Assembly: GCA_016700415.1 (NCBI GenBank)
Contig: CP065018.1
Location: 2,389,894 to 2,453,893 of the forward strand
DNA from: Flavobacteriales bacterium
GTDB lineage: Bacteria; Bacteroidota; Bacteroidia; Flavobacteriales_F; PHOS-HE28
DNA: 64,000 nucleotides
Direction: 5' to 3'
The translations under genes were made by a program, and so were the position numbers. The notes beneath the pieces were generated by a model, which worked only from the letters and a program-made list of their open reading frames with translations, was not told where the DNA came from and made no database searches. Positions 1 to 10,308 of the stretch are shown here, one piece after another; position 1 is the stretch's first letter; each line of letters opens with the position of its first letter.

Positions 1-455
1 CCGTAAGGTCCAAGCGCGTACCCTCGGCTTCCGCCAAACGGTCATCCGGAACGATCCGCAAGGTTCCGATGGTGATGGAGTCCTGTGCCTTGGCCTGTTT
101 GCGTCGCACCAAGGCCCGGAGGCGCGCCACGAGTTCCGGTAAGTGAAAAGGCTTGGGCAAATAATCGTCCGCGCCGAGGTCGAGGCCGCTCACCTTATCG
201 TCCAACGAACCCTTGGCGGAGATGATGATGATGCCGCAGGCGTTGTCGGCCTTGCGCAATGCGCGCACGATGTCGAGCCCGTTCCCCTGGGGTAAAGTGA
301 TGTCCACCAGCACCGCGTCGTAGCTGTGCAATTGCGCCTTTTCCATGGCGGAAGGGAAGTCCGTGGCGGATTCCACCAAGTGGCCCTCGTCCTGCAAATA
401 CTGCCGGATCGTGCGGCGCAGTTCCGTTTCATCCTCGATGAGGAGCACCTTCATG
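1..455 (-). CDS. OmpR-family response regulator (partial; C-terminus runs off window start)
   Basis: Reverse-strand translation from ATG at 455..453 gives MKVLLIEDETELRRTIRQYLQDEGHLVESATDF...DAVLVDITLPQGNGLDIV...IISAKGSLDDKVSGLDLGADDYLPKPFHLPELVARLRALVRR, a classic receiver domain followed by the start of a winged-helix domain. It is absent from the ORF track because no stop lies within the window. Confidence 0.85.
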
Positions 456-918
456 CGTGCAAGCTATGGAGCGATCCCTGTCGGAAATTTGAAGAGAACC
501 CTAATTCCTGATGGCTGATCGCTAATTCCTGCCAGCGTACTTCGCGCCCTTCTTCGCTGTTTCTTAGGTAGCGCATGAAGTTCCCGATGTCCTTGCTTTC
601 ATTCTTGCACTTATAGAAAGCAGCATCGAACTCCTCTTGTGTGATGTGCCTGCTGTCCAATGCTCGGTAGGGCTGTGATCGGGTTTCTCCAATGGAGCCC
701 TTTGAAATGGAAAGGAACTGGCCAAACTCCCGGTTACCATCGCGTTCAAAGCCTTCGGCTATGTTATCCATGCAGGAGCCGGAAGACCGGTTGATCTGAT
801 CCTTCAATGCGAAATCCCTTGCGAATGAACCCTTCTGCGTTAACCCCCAGATCCCTTTGCAGAGCAAGCGCGCCTGTTGCCAAATACCGAGATCCTCGAA
901 AGTCGTGATGGTGGCCAT
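451..918 (-). CDS. four-helix-bundle protein (23S rRNA intervening-sequence protein family) with read-through C-terminal tail
   Basis: The 155-aa ORF has an N-terminal ~118 aa typical of this small paralogous family (MATITTFEDLGIWQQARLL...IAEGFER...SKGSIGETRS...). The last ~35 aa lie beyond the left inverted repeat and overlap the response-regulator start (ATGA-type overlap). Confidence 0.7.
   Translation of the reverse strand: MATITTFEDLGIWQQARLLCKGIWGLTQKGSFARDFALKDQINRSSGSCMDNIAEGFERDGNREFGQFLSISKGSIGETRSQPYRALDSRHITQEEFDAAFYKCKNESKDIGNFMRYLRNSEEGREVRWQELAISHQELGFSSNFRQGSLHSLHA
500..512. repeat. left arm of 13-bp inverted repeat flanking the four-helix-bundle cassette
   Basis: CCTAATTCCTGAT at 500..512 is the reverse complement of ATCAGGAATTAGG at 929..941. 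A second direct copy CTAATTCCTG lies at 522..531. Confidence 0.75.
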
Positions 919-928
919 GAAGTGCTGG

Positions 929-941
929 ATCAGGAATTAGG
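929..941. repeat. right arm of 13-bp inverted repeat flanking the four-helix-bundle cassette
   Basis: ATCAGGAATTAGG lies 11 nt upstream of the 4HB start codon. Confidence 0.75.
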
Positions 942-973
942 AATCAGCAAAATAGCCGATCAACAGGCGAAGC

Positions 974-2419
<1,446 letters not shown>

Positions 2420-2524
2420 GGGTTAAAAACTACCACGAAGACCGCTAAGGGGAGTGCCGATCTCCTTGCCTTTTACTTCCTTCGTGTCCTTCGCGTTCTT
2501 CGTTGTATAAATTCCTTGCGTGGT

Positions 2525-2851
2525 TCAAATCGAAAAACTCTCTCCGCAGCCACAGGTCCGGCTCGCGTTGGGGTTGACGAACTGGAAGCCTTTGCCGTTG
2601 AGCCCGCCGCTGAAATCGAGTGTGGTGCCGAGGAGATAGAGCAGGCTCTTTTTGTCCACCACCACTTTCACGCCGTTGTCCTCGAAGACCTTGTCTCCAT
2701 CCATCATCTTATCGTCGAAGACCAGGTCGTACGAAAGGCCGCTACAGCCGCCACCCTTCACACCGACGCGAACGAAGTGCTGCGGACCACGGCCTTCCGT
2801 GCCCAAAAGCTTGGTGAATTCCTGCTTAGCGTTGTCACTCACTTTGATCAT
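2525..2851 (-). CDS. sufA: iron-sulfur cluster insertion protein (HesB/IscA/SufA family)
   Basis: 108 aa ending in the conserved C-x-C-G-x-S-F motif (RTCGCGESFSI). It lies immediately upstream of sufB on the same strand. Confidence 0.9.
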   Translation of the reverse strand: MIKVSDNAKQEFTKLLGTEGRGPQHFVRVGVKGGGCSGLSYDLVFDDKMMDGDKVFEDNGVKVVVDKKSLLYLLGTTLDFSGGLNGKGFQFVNPNASRTCGCGESFSI

Positions 2852-2939
2852 GCCTGTATTCTATTTAGAATCCATCTAAATAAAGACGGTCACAAAGGTA
2901 CAAAGCAACGGGGGCGCAGCAAACGGTCCGGAAAGCCTG

Positions 2940-4061
2940 TCACTGATAGCCTTTTGCCTGGTCGCGCATCACCAGGGTCCAATCCATTTTCCCGTAGTTG
3001 GTGCCCAGCCGCACCATGACAAGTTCCCGCGCGGGATCAACGTAAATGAACTGCCCGAGGTAGCCCTTGGCCTCGAAATCACCCTCGGCCGATGGCAGCC
3101 ACCATTGGTACTGATAGAAGGGGGCGCTTCCGTTGGCGGTATCCAGGCGGGTGCTTTGCTCCACCCATTCCTTCGGTACCAGCTGCTTACCCCGCCAATT
3201 GCCCTTGTGCAGGTAGAGCGAACCGAGCATGGCGAAATCACGTGCAGGCGCATTGAGACAGCAGAAGGTCTTCTCGATACCGCCCTTCTTGCGGTCGATG
3301 CTCCAGGATGCGGGATGGACCATGCCCAAGGGTGCCCAGATCTTGTCGTTGGTATATGCGGTGATCGTACGCATGTCACCGCCCTTCCGCAAGGCGCGCT
3401 CCAGGATCCACCCGAGTAATTGACTGCTCCCGCTTTGGTACTCGAAATGCTCACCTGGCGGATGGCCTAGTTTCATCTTCGCCATGCCTCGGTACAGGCG
3501 CCTACCATAGTAGAACGTGGCGGCATCACCGAAAGGGCTCTTGTAGCTCTCGTTGAAATCGAGGCCACTGGTCATCTGCAGAAGGTTCTCCACGGTCACC
3601 TTGTCGAACCCGTTCTTCCGCAGCTCCGGGATGAAGTCGGTGACAGGTTGGTCGACTCCGGTGATGTAGCCGTCCGCGATGGCACAGCCGATCAACATGC
3701 TCAGCAAGGACTTGGCCATGGAGAACGACGCGTGCAGGTGGGCCTCATCGTAGCCCTTGTAGTAGCGCTCGTACACGATGGTGTCGCGCTGGATCACCAA
3801 GAAGGCCACCGTCTCACGCTCCTCAATGAATTCGTCGAACGTTTGATCTTTCCCCTCATAGGTTATGCCGTGCGGGAGCTTTTCCGTTTCCGCCACCGCA
3901 TACCGGTACGGCTCCGGTGAGGCTGGCAGCGGCCGGGACGGGAACTTGCGCCAGTCATTGGTGCCGGCGAAATTGTAGATGACGAAGCGGCCGACCGTAC
4001 AGCTACAAAGTAGAAGGCAGGCGAAAAGGAAAACAGTGACTTTCAGGGAACGGGCGTGCAT
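2940..4061 (-). CDS. serine hydrolase, beta-lactamase family (lipoprotein)
   Basis: 373 aa. A signal peptide plus lipobox (LLLCSC) is followed by the S-x-x-K active-site motif (FSMAKS) and a class-C beta-lactamase-like layout. Confidence 0.8.
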   Translation of the reverse strand: MHARSLKVTVFLFACLLLCSCTVGRFVIYNFAGTNDWRKFPSRPLPASPEPYRYAVAETEKLPHGITYEGKDQTFDEFIEERETVAFLVIQRDTIVYERYYKGYDEAHLHASFSMAKSLLSMLIGCAIADGYITGVDQPVTDFIPELRKNGFDKVTVENLLQMTSGLDFNESYKSPFGDAATFYYGRRLYRGMAKMKLGHPPGEHFEYQSGSSQLLGWILERALRKGGDMRTITAYTNDKIWAPLGMVHPASWSIDRKKGGIEKTFCCLNAPARDFAMLGSLYLHKGNWRGKQLVPKEWVEQSTRLDTANGSAPFYQYQWWLPSAEGDFEAKGYLGQFIYVDPARELVMVRLGTNYGKMDWTLVMRDQAKGYQ

Positions 4062-4248
4062 GGCGAAAAATAGCCATTGGGGTCCAAAGGGCGGATCCGT
4101 TCAGCGACGGATCGTTGGAAGGATGCAGCTTGATCGACTTACGGCATACCTGAGGGATCCACTTGATCAAGCCGTTACAGGCGGTACCTTCGCACACAGG
4201 AAGAACCTTCACCAAAAAAACCGGTGAAGAGCATTCCACCACGTTGCC

Positions 4249-5700
4249 ATGCTCAAGCAATACCTCTCCCAAAAGCTCCAACAGAAGCTCAGCCCGCAGC
4301 AGATCCAGCTGATGAAATTGCTCCAGGTGCCCACGCTGGAACTGGAGCAACGCATCAAGCAGGAGATGGAGGAGAATCCTGCTTTGGAGGAAGGCGAAGA
4401 CCACGACGAGGAGGAGGAGATGACCCACGAGGCCGCGGCGGAGAACGAGGAGACCACCGAATCCAGCAACGAAGAATTCGACCTGAGCGACTACTTCCAG
4501 GACGACGACACGCCGGACTATAAGCTGAGCGCGAAGAACCAAAGCGCGGACGACGAGGAGTACGAAACGCCGATCACCGGCGGCAGTACGTTCCAAGATG
4601 CCATGCGCACGCAGCTCTCCCTGCGCGATGTGGACGAGCGCACCGAGCAATTGGCCGAGCACATCATCGGCAACTTGGACGAGGACGGTTACCTCCGCCG
4701 CGGCCTGGACCAGATCGTGAACGACCTGGCCTTCACCGCCAATATCATGACGGACGAGACGGAACTCGGCAAGGTGCTTCAGGAGGTCCAGTCGCTTGAT
4801 CCGGTCGGCGTGGCCGCACGCGACCTGCGTGAATGCCTGCTGCTGCAATTGACGCGGATGCACAACGCGGTGGACGTGCTCACGGCGAAAGCCATCATTG
4901 ATAAGCAATTCGACGCGTTCACCAAGAAGCACTATGAGCGGATCATGGAGCGGTTGGAGATCGACGAGGATGCCTTGCGCGACGCCATTGAGGTGATCGT
5001 GCGCTTGAACCCGAAGCCCGGCAATACCGGCCGCGACACCACGAAGTCCGCGCAAGCCATCGTGCCCGACTTCGCAGTGAACGCGGTGGACGGACAGCTG
5101 GAGCTTTCACTGAACGGGCGCAATGCCCCGGAGCTGCGCGTGAGCCGCCAGTACCGCGACATGATCAAGGAATACCAGCGCAACAAGAAAGATCCCAAGG
5201 CCAAGGACGCGCTGGTCTTCATCAAGCAGAAGCTCGATTCCGCCAAGTGGTTCATCGATGCGATCAAGCAGCGCCAGAATACGCTGCTCATCACCATGGA
5301 GGCCATCATGGAGCATCAGCGCGACTTTTTCCTCACCGGCGACGAGACCAAGATGAAGCCCATGATCCTGAAGGACATCGCCGAGAAGGTGAGCATGGAC
5401 ATCAGCACCGTGAGCCGCGTGGCCAACAGCAAATACGTGCAGACCGACCACGGCACCTACCTGCTCAAGTTCTTCTTCAGCGAAAGCCTGATGACGGACA
5501 GTGGCGAAGAGGTGAGCACCCGCGAAGTGAAGAAGATCCTGGAGGAAGCGATCATTGCGGAGAACAAGCAGAACCCGCTGACGGACGACGAGCTGACAAA
5601 ACTGTTGCGCGGCAAGGGCTACAACATCGCCCGGCGCACTGTGGCAAAGTACCGGGAGCAATTGCACATGCCGGTGGCCCGCCTCCGGAAGGAGCTTTGA
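4249..5700 (+). CDS. rpoN: RNA polymerase sigma-54 factor
   Basis: 483 aa with an N-terminal Gln/Leu-rich activator-interaction region, an acidic linker and the C-terminal RpoN box (ARRTVAKYREQL). Confidence 0.95.
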   Translation: MLKQYLSQKLQQKLSPQQIQLMKLLQVPTLELEQRIKQEMEENPALEEGEDHDEEEEMTHEAAAENEETTESSNEEFDLSDYFQDDDTPDYKLSAKNQSADDEEYETPITGGSTFQDAMRTQLSLRDVDERTEQLAEHIIGNLDEDGYLRRGLDQIVNDLAFTANIMTDETELGKVLQEVQSLDPVGVAARDLRECLLLQLTRMHNAVDVLTAKAIIDKQFDAFTKKHYERIMERLEIDEDALRDAIEVIVRLNPKPGNTGRDTTKSAQAIVPDFAVNAVDGQLELSLNGRNAPELRVSRQYRDMIKEYQRNKKDPKAKDALVFIKQKLDSAKWFIDAIKQRQNTLLITMEAIMEHQRDFFLTGDETKMKPMILKDIAEKVSMDISTVSRVANSKYVQTDHGTYLLKFFFSESLMTDSGEEVSTREVKKILEEAIIAENKQNPLTDDELTKLLRGKGYNIARRTVAKYREQLHMPVARLRKEL

Positions 5701-6314
5701 TGCGCAAGGCGGCACACACGCTTTCCCTCCTGCTCCATCCGGTGTGGATGCCCACGTTCGCCGTGATCATCGCGTTCCATATCGACCCGCACCTCACCTT
5801 CGCGTTCACCCCGCAAGGCCAATGGGTGATCGTGGGCATGGTCTTCGTCATGTCCGCGCTCTTCCCTATCTCCAGCATGTTCATGCTCTGGCGCAGCGGG
5901 GCGGTTTCGAAACTGGCGATGCCCGACCGCAAGGAGCGCATCGTACCCTACTTGCTCACGCTGATCTATTTCTGCATGACGTACTACCTGCTGCGAAGAT
6001 CACCGAACCATCCCGCCACGCTGGCGCTGTTCTGCGGCATCATCATCGCCTTGGTCGTGGACCTGGTCATCACAATCCGGTGGAAGATCAGCCTTCACAT
6101 GACGGGGATCGGGGGCCTCATCGGCATGGTGCTGGGTTTGATGGTGCTGCACGGCACCCCGGTCGGCTTCGCCCCTATTTTGCTGGTGATGACCGGCGCG
6201 CTTGGCACGGCACGGCTACTGGTGACGGACCACTCTCCGGCACAGATCTACGCTGGTGCGCTGGTCGGTCTGGCCAGCACTTTTCTCTGCCTGCTGTTCG
6301 GGATCAACTACTGA
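5700..6314 (+). CDS. polytopic membrane protein, putative PAP2-like phosphatase
   Basis: In-frame ATG at 5700..5702 overlaps the rpoN stop (TGATG). The protein is ~204 aa with 5-6 hydrophobic helices and a weak PAP2-like C-terminal motif (R....TDH...Q...G). Confidence 0.5.
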   Translation: MRKAAHTLSLLLHPVWMPTFAVIIAFHIDPHLTFAFTPQGQWVIVGMVFVMSALFPISSMFMLWRSGAVSKLAMPDRKERIVPYLLTLIYFCMTYYLLRRSPNHPATLALFCGIIIALVVDLVITIRWKISLHMTGIGGLIGMVLGLMVLHGTPVGFAPILLVMTGALGTARLLVTDHSPAQIYAGALVGLASTFLCLLFGINY

Positions 6315-7333
6315 CCTGCCGTTTCTGCCAAGGTCTGCTGCCAGCGCCACGCATCACGCAAAGCATCCGCCAAGGTGAGTTCCGTTTGCCATCCGAGGAC
6401 CTTCCGGCTCTTGGTGGTGTCCGCGTACATGGCCACCACGTCGCCCGGCCTGCGGGGACCGATCACATAGGGAACCTTCACTCCGTTCTCCTGCTCGAAG
6501 GTGTTCACCGCTTCCAGCACGGTGTTGCCAGTGCCCGTTCCCAAGTTGAACACGTCGTAGACCGGTGCTTCCTGTTTCTCGATCCACCGCAAGGCCCGTA
6601 CATGCGCTTTGGCCAAGTCCACCACATGGATGTAGTCGCGGATGCAGGAGCCGTCCCGTGTGGGGTAATCGTCCCCGAACACCGTGAGCTTTTCGCGAAG
6701 GCCCGCAGCGGCCTGCGTGATGAAGGGGACGAGGTTGTTCGGCACGCCGATCGGCAGCTCCCCGATGATCCCGGACGGATGCGCCCCGATGGGATTGAAA
6801 TAACGCAACATCACCACGCGCAAGGCAGGGTCGGCGGCGGAAGCGTCCCGGAGCAATTGCTCGCAGACCACCTTGCTGTAGCCGTACGGTGATGCCGCCA
6901 CGCCCGTGCGGGAGGTCTCGGTCACCGGCAGTTGATCGGTGTCGCCATAAACTGTGCAAGAGGATGAGAAAACGATGTTCTTCACTTCGTGCTTCTCCAT
7001 CACCCGTAGTAGAGTGACCAGCGAACCGATGTTGTTCGCATAGTACTTCAACGGATCCCGCACGCTTTCGCCCACGGCCTTGTCCGCCGCGAAGTGGATC
7101 ACGCTTGCCGGCCGTTCCGCCGCGAACACTTTTTCCAGCGCCTCAGCGCCGGCACAATCAATGCGATGGATCCGCAAGGAGCGGCCCAAAATGGCTTCCA
7201 GGCCCCGCAGCACACGCTCGTCGCTGTTACGAAGATCATCGACAATGACGGGCTCGAAGCCGGCCTCCACCAGCTCCACGCACGTATGCGAACCGATGAA
7301 GCCCGCCCCCCCCGTAACGATCACCTTTTCCAT
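6308..7333 (-). CDS. galE: UDP-glucose 4-epimerase
   Basis: Starts at internal Met: MEKVIVTGGAGFIGSHTCVEL… (Rossmann GxxGxxG), with the YxxxK region downstream. The N-terminal 24 aa of the track ORF are treated as an extension. Confidence 0.9.
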   Translation of the reverse strand: MEKVIVTGGAGFIGSHTCVELVEAGFEPVIVDDLRNSDERVLRGLEAILGRSLRIHRIDCAGAEALEKVFAAERPASVIHFAADKAVGESVRDPLKYYANNIGSLVTLLRVMEKHEVKNIVFSSSCTVYGDTDQLPVTETSRTGVAASPYGYSKVVCEQLLRDASAADPALRVVMLRYFNPIGAHPSGIIGELPIGVPNNLVPFITQAAAGLREKLTVFGDDYPTRDGSCIRDYIHVVDLAKAHVRALRWIEKQEAPVYDVFNLGTGTGNTVLEAVNTFEQENGVKVPYVIGPRRPGDVVAMYADTTKSRKVLGWQTELTLADALRDAWRWQQTLAETAGQ

Positions 7334-7387
7334 GGGCCGCGAAAATAGGACAGTTGCCGGTCGCTCGGGACTTCGCACTTTAGCGCC

Positions 7388-9169
7388 ATGTCCGCAGGCC
7401 GTCATCGATCATCCTTGTTTGCCGTTCTGGCCGTGATGCTGCTGTTCACGTTCGTCTCCGTACGTTCTTCCAAGGAAAACGCGGGCGGGATCATTGTGAG
7501 CGACGTGCATGGCTACTACGGGTACTTGCACGCGGTGTTCATCACCCACGACCTCGGCCATGAGCGCGTACGGCATGAATATGTGAACGTGACACCGAAC
7601 GGCACGCTCAACAAGTATTTCGCCGGGGAAGCTTTGCTACTGACCCCGTTCTTCCTCAGCGCCCATGCTTACGTGAAGGCGACCGGCGGCGTGGCTGACG
7701 GATTCTCTCCGCCGTACGAACGTGCTATCGCCTTTGCCGCACTGATCTATGCCCTGCTCGGGTTGCTTGCGTTCCGGGCTTTGCTGCTGCACTTGGGCAT
7801 CAGCGACCGGACCGTGGCGACCGTGCTGTTGATGTTGGGCTTCGGCACACAGCTTCTCCAGTTCACTGCCGTGCAACCGGGCTGGTCACATGTGTACTCC
7901 TTTGCGCTGTTCGAGTTTTTCCTGCTGCTCACGCAGCGCATCGCCGTGGAGGCTTCCGTTGGACGGATCATCGCTTGGGGTGTTGTGCTTGGGATGATCG
8001 TGCTGGTGAGGCCGGTGAACGGGCTTGTTCTGCTTGCGGTCCCGGTCGTGCTGGGCAAAGCCACGCCGGATCTTCTGCGCAGCTTCCGCCAGAAACCCGT
8101 TGCCACCGCGCTGATGATGCTGGCCGGTGCGTCAATAGTTGCCATCCAGCCCATCCTCTGGCACGCCCAGGTGGGAAGCTTCGTGGCATACGGCTACAAA
8201 GGGGAAGGCTTTCAATGGGGCCGGCCCGCCATCCTTCAAGTGCTCATCGGCATCCGGCGCGGCTTGTTCATCTGGACGCCCGTATTGGTCCTTGCAGCAT
8301 TCAGCGTGCCGCTGCTGTGGAAGCATGATCGCTTTCGGGCCATCGGCGCGGCGCTGTACTGGCTGGTGATCACCTATGTCATCAGTAGCTGGTGGATCTG
8401 GTATTACGGTAGCGGCTTTGGCGCACGCGTGTATGTGGAGCATTACACCGTGTTCGCGCTTCCTCTGGCCTTCATGCTGGACCGTTGGCAAGGGTGGCGG
8501 AGGATGGCGGCCATCACCTTTCTGGTATTTGCTTCTGCGCTCCAGTTGGCGCAGTGCTACCAATACAACCACGGCTTCCTGGACCGTGAATGCATGGACC
8601 GGAAGAAGTACGCGTTCAGCTTCCTGCACTTTGACGCCGACCACCACGAACGCCTCGGCGGACGCTACATGATCGCACCCTACAACCCCAACGGTATGGA
8701 CACACTGGTGCATGTCCGCTGGGACGCCGAACGCTGGGTGCGCTACTGGCATGGCAAGCCGGTCCTCTTCGATCCCGCGCCCAGCCCATGGCATGTGGTG
8801 ACCTGCGACACCACCGACGAGTTCGGTCCCAGCTTCGAGATGCCCGCCAAAGACCTGCCGACAGGGCGCGCATTGTATTTCGCATTGGGCTTTGAACGCT
8901 ACGTGTTCCATGCCGACGACACCCGGGGCATAACGGTGGTGGCCAGCGCCGAGAACGCGAAAGGCGAGATCGTCCAGTACCAGTCCTTCGCCATGGAGCC
9001 GATGCCCCCGGCCGGTGACAGCCTCTGGGAGCATATTGAATACCGGGTGCCGCTGGAGCCTTTAAGGAAAGGCGAGCGCGTCAAATTCTACTTCTGGAAC
9101 CAGGACGGGAAAAGCCGCTTTCTGGTCGACGACCTGGACATGACCGTGACTGCCGTGCGCCCGTATTGA
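7388..9169 (+). CDS. large polytopic membrane protein, possible GT-C-type glycosyltransferase
   Basis: 593 aa with ~10 predicted transmembrane helices in the N-terminal ~400 aa and a soluble ~190-aa C-terminal domain. It is divergent from galE. No recognisable catalytic motif could be confirmed by eye. Confidence 0.55.
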   Translation: MSAGRHRSSLFAVLAVMLLFTFVSVRSSKENAGGIIVSDVHGYYGYLHAVFITHDLGHERVRHEYVNVTPNGTLNKYFAGEALLLTPFFLSAHAYVKATGGVADGFSPPYERAIAFAALIYALLGLLAFRALLLHLGISDRTVATVLLMLGFGTQLLQFTAVQPGWSHVYSFALFEFFLLLTQRIAVEASVGRIIAWGVVLGMIVLVRPVNGLVLLAVPVVLGKATPDLLRSFRQKPVATALMMLAGASIVAIQPILWHAQVGSFVAYGYKGEGFQWGRPAILQVLIGIRRGLFIWTPVLVLAAFSVPLLWKHDRFRAIGAALYWLVITYVISSWWIWYYGSGFGARVYVEHYTVFALPLAFMLDRWQGWRRMAAITFLVFASALQLAQCYQYNHGFLDRECMDRKKYAFSFLHFDADHHERLGGRYMIAPYNPNGMDTLVHVRWDAERWVRYWHGKPVLFDPAPSPWHVVTCDTTDEFGPSFEMPAKDLPTGRALYFALGFERYVFHADDTRGITVVASAENAKGEIVQYQSFAMEPMPPAGDSLWEHIEYRVPLEPLRKGERVKFYFWNQDGKSRFLVDDLDMTVTAVRPY

Positions 9170-9185
9170 CAGGCGTGGAATGAAA

Positions 9186-9261
9186 TGGTGGGCCCAGCAG
9201 GATTTGAACCTGCGACCAACGGATTATGAGTCCGCTGCTCTGACCGCTGAGCTATAGGCCC
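9186..9261 (-). tRNA. tRNA with CAU anticodon (Met, or Ile2 if lysidine-modified)
   Basis: Reverse complement: GGGCCTATAGCTCAGCGGTCAGAGCAGCGGACTCATAATCCGTTGGTCGCAGGTTCAAATCCTGCTGGGCCCACCA. It folds as a cloverleaf with encoded CCA and is highly similar to E. coli ileX-type tRNA. Confidence 0.85.
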
Positions 9262-9323
9262 GGTAACAGGCCGCGAAAGTAGCCGTTGATGCGGATCCCG
9301 TGCAGCGGATAGCTTCGCGCCCC

Positions 9324-9968
9324 ATGGAACGACCGTTGCCGTACGACACCATCCTGCTCGACCTGGGCGGTGTGCTCATCGATGTGGACTACCATGCCGC
9401 CGCCCTCGAGTTCGAGAAGCTGGGCTTCGCGGATTTCGACAGCCTCTACAGCAAGGCCAAACAGGACCACCTCTTCGACGGCTTCGAGACGGGCGCGCTT
9501 TCCCCGGCGCAGTTCCGTGATCGGATCCGGCAACTTCACGGCTCGCCGCTCACGGACGCACAGATCGACCACTGCTGGAACGCCATGATCGGCAGCATTC
9601 CGCCGGCACGCATTGATCTTGTAAAGCGACTGAAGGAACGGTACGAAGTGCTACTGCTCAGCAACACCAACGCCATCCATGTGCCGGCCTTCGAGGCCAT
9701 CGTGGCCAGGGAGAACGGGATAACCGATTTCAAGGGGCTCTTTGTCGGCGCCTACTACAGTTGCGAACTGGGTATGCGCAAGCCGGACGCGGAGATCTTC
9801 AAGTTCGTACTGGACCAGAACTATGCGGACCCGAAACACACCTTGTTCATCGACGACAGCATCCAGCACGTGGAAGGGGCGCGGAAGGCCGGGCTGCATG
9901 CCGAGCATTTGGACCTGGCCAAGGAGGACGTGATCCAGTTGGTGGAGCGGCTCGGGCTATTTCACTGA
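9324..9968 (+). CDS. HAD-family hydrolase
   Basis: Motif I is DLGGVLID (DxG). The downstream LLSNTN and the final DD motifs (FIDDSIQHVEGARKAG) follow. Start chosen at MERPLPYDTILLDLGGVL. Confidence 0.8.
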   Translation: MERPLPYDTILLDLGGVLIDVDYHAAALEFEKLGFADFDSLYSKAKQDHLFDGFETGALSPAQFRDRIRQLHGSPLTDAQIDHCWNAMIGSIPPARIDLVKRLKERYEVLLLSNTNAIHVPAFEAIVARENGITDFKGLFVGAYYSCELGMRKPDAEIFKFVLDQNYADPKHTLFIDDSIQHVEGARKAGLHAEHLDLAKEDVIQLVERLGLFH

Positions 9969-10301
9969 ACGCTTGCCACTGCCCTTCCTAGGCTTCGGCT
10001 CCGGAAGTGCTGCGGCCACGGCGATCAGGATCCTCGGCAGCTCACGAATGGACGACCATTGGTCCTCGTCCAGCGTATAGTGCGCCTTTGCCCCCGGATA
10101 AGGCGGGCCCTGTTCACAGATGGAACGCAGGTCCTCACTCGCCGGAACGATCTTCACGAAGAGGCGATCGTCGGCGACCAGCGCGACCGTCTTCCCGTCG
10201 GCATACAGGGCATATTCACCGAACATGCTCTTGGTCGCGAAGCGATCCGGCATGCCCAAGCATTCCAACAGGAACTCAACGGACTCTTTACGGGTGGCCA
10301 T
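9957..10301 (-). CDS. TfoX N-terminal domain protein
   Basis: 114 aa: MATRKESVEFLLECL…KSMFGEYALYADGKTVALVADDRLFVKI…. This matches the TfoX_N fold signature (R/KxMFGxYxLYxDGK). Confidence 0.7.
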   Translation of the reverse strand: MATRKESVEFLLECLGMPDRFATKSMFGEYALYADGKTVALVADDRLFVKIVPASEDLRSICEQGPPYPGAKAHYTLDEDQWSSIRELPRILIAVAAALPEPKPRKGSGKRSVK

Positions 10302-10308
10302 TCCTAGT

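Noticed and set aside
2852-2939. Promoter / Fe-S regulator operator upstream of sufA-sufB
   Set aside because: The region is AT-richer than its surroundings and contains an imperfect palindrome (TATTCTATTTAGAATCCATCTAAATAAAG). I could not match a convincing Bacteroidota −7 (TAnnTTTG)/−33 pair or a known IscR/SufR site by eye.
4003-5055. 350-aa ORF on - strand
   Set aside because: It is antisense to rpoN and the rpoN upstream region. The translation is low-complexity (L/V/R/G-rich) and it is judged a shadow ORF.
5744-6892. 382-aa ORF on + strand and 201-aa ORF 6354..6959 (-)
   Set aside because: They overlap the membrane-protein gene and galE in alternative frames. Arg/His/Gly-rich translations with no motif indicate spurious ORFs.
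8132-9034. 300-aa ORF on - strand
   Set aside because: It is antisense to the polytopic membrane-protein gene and judged a shadow ORF.
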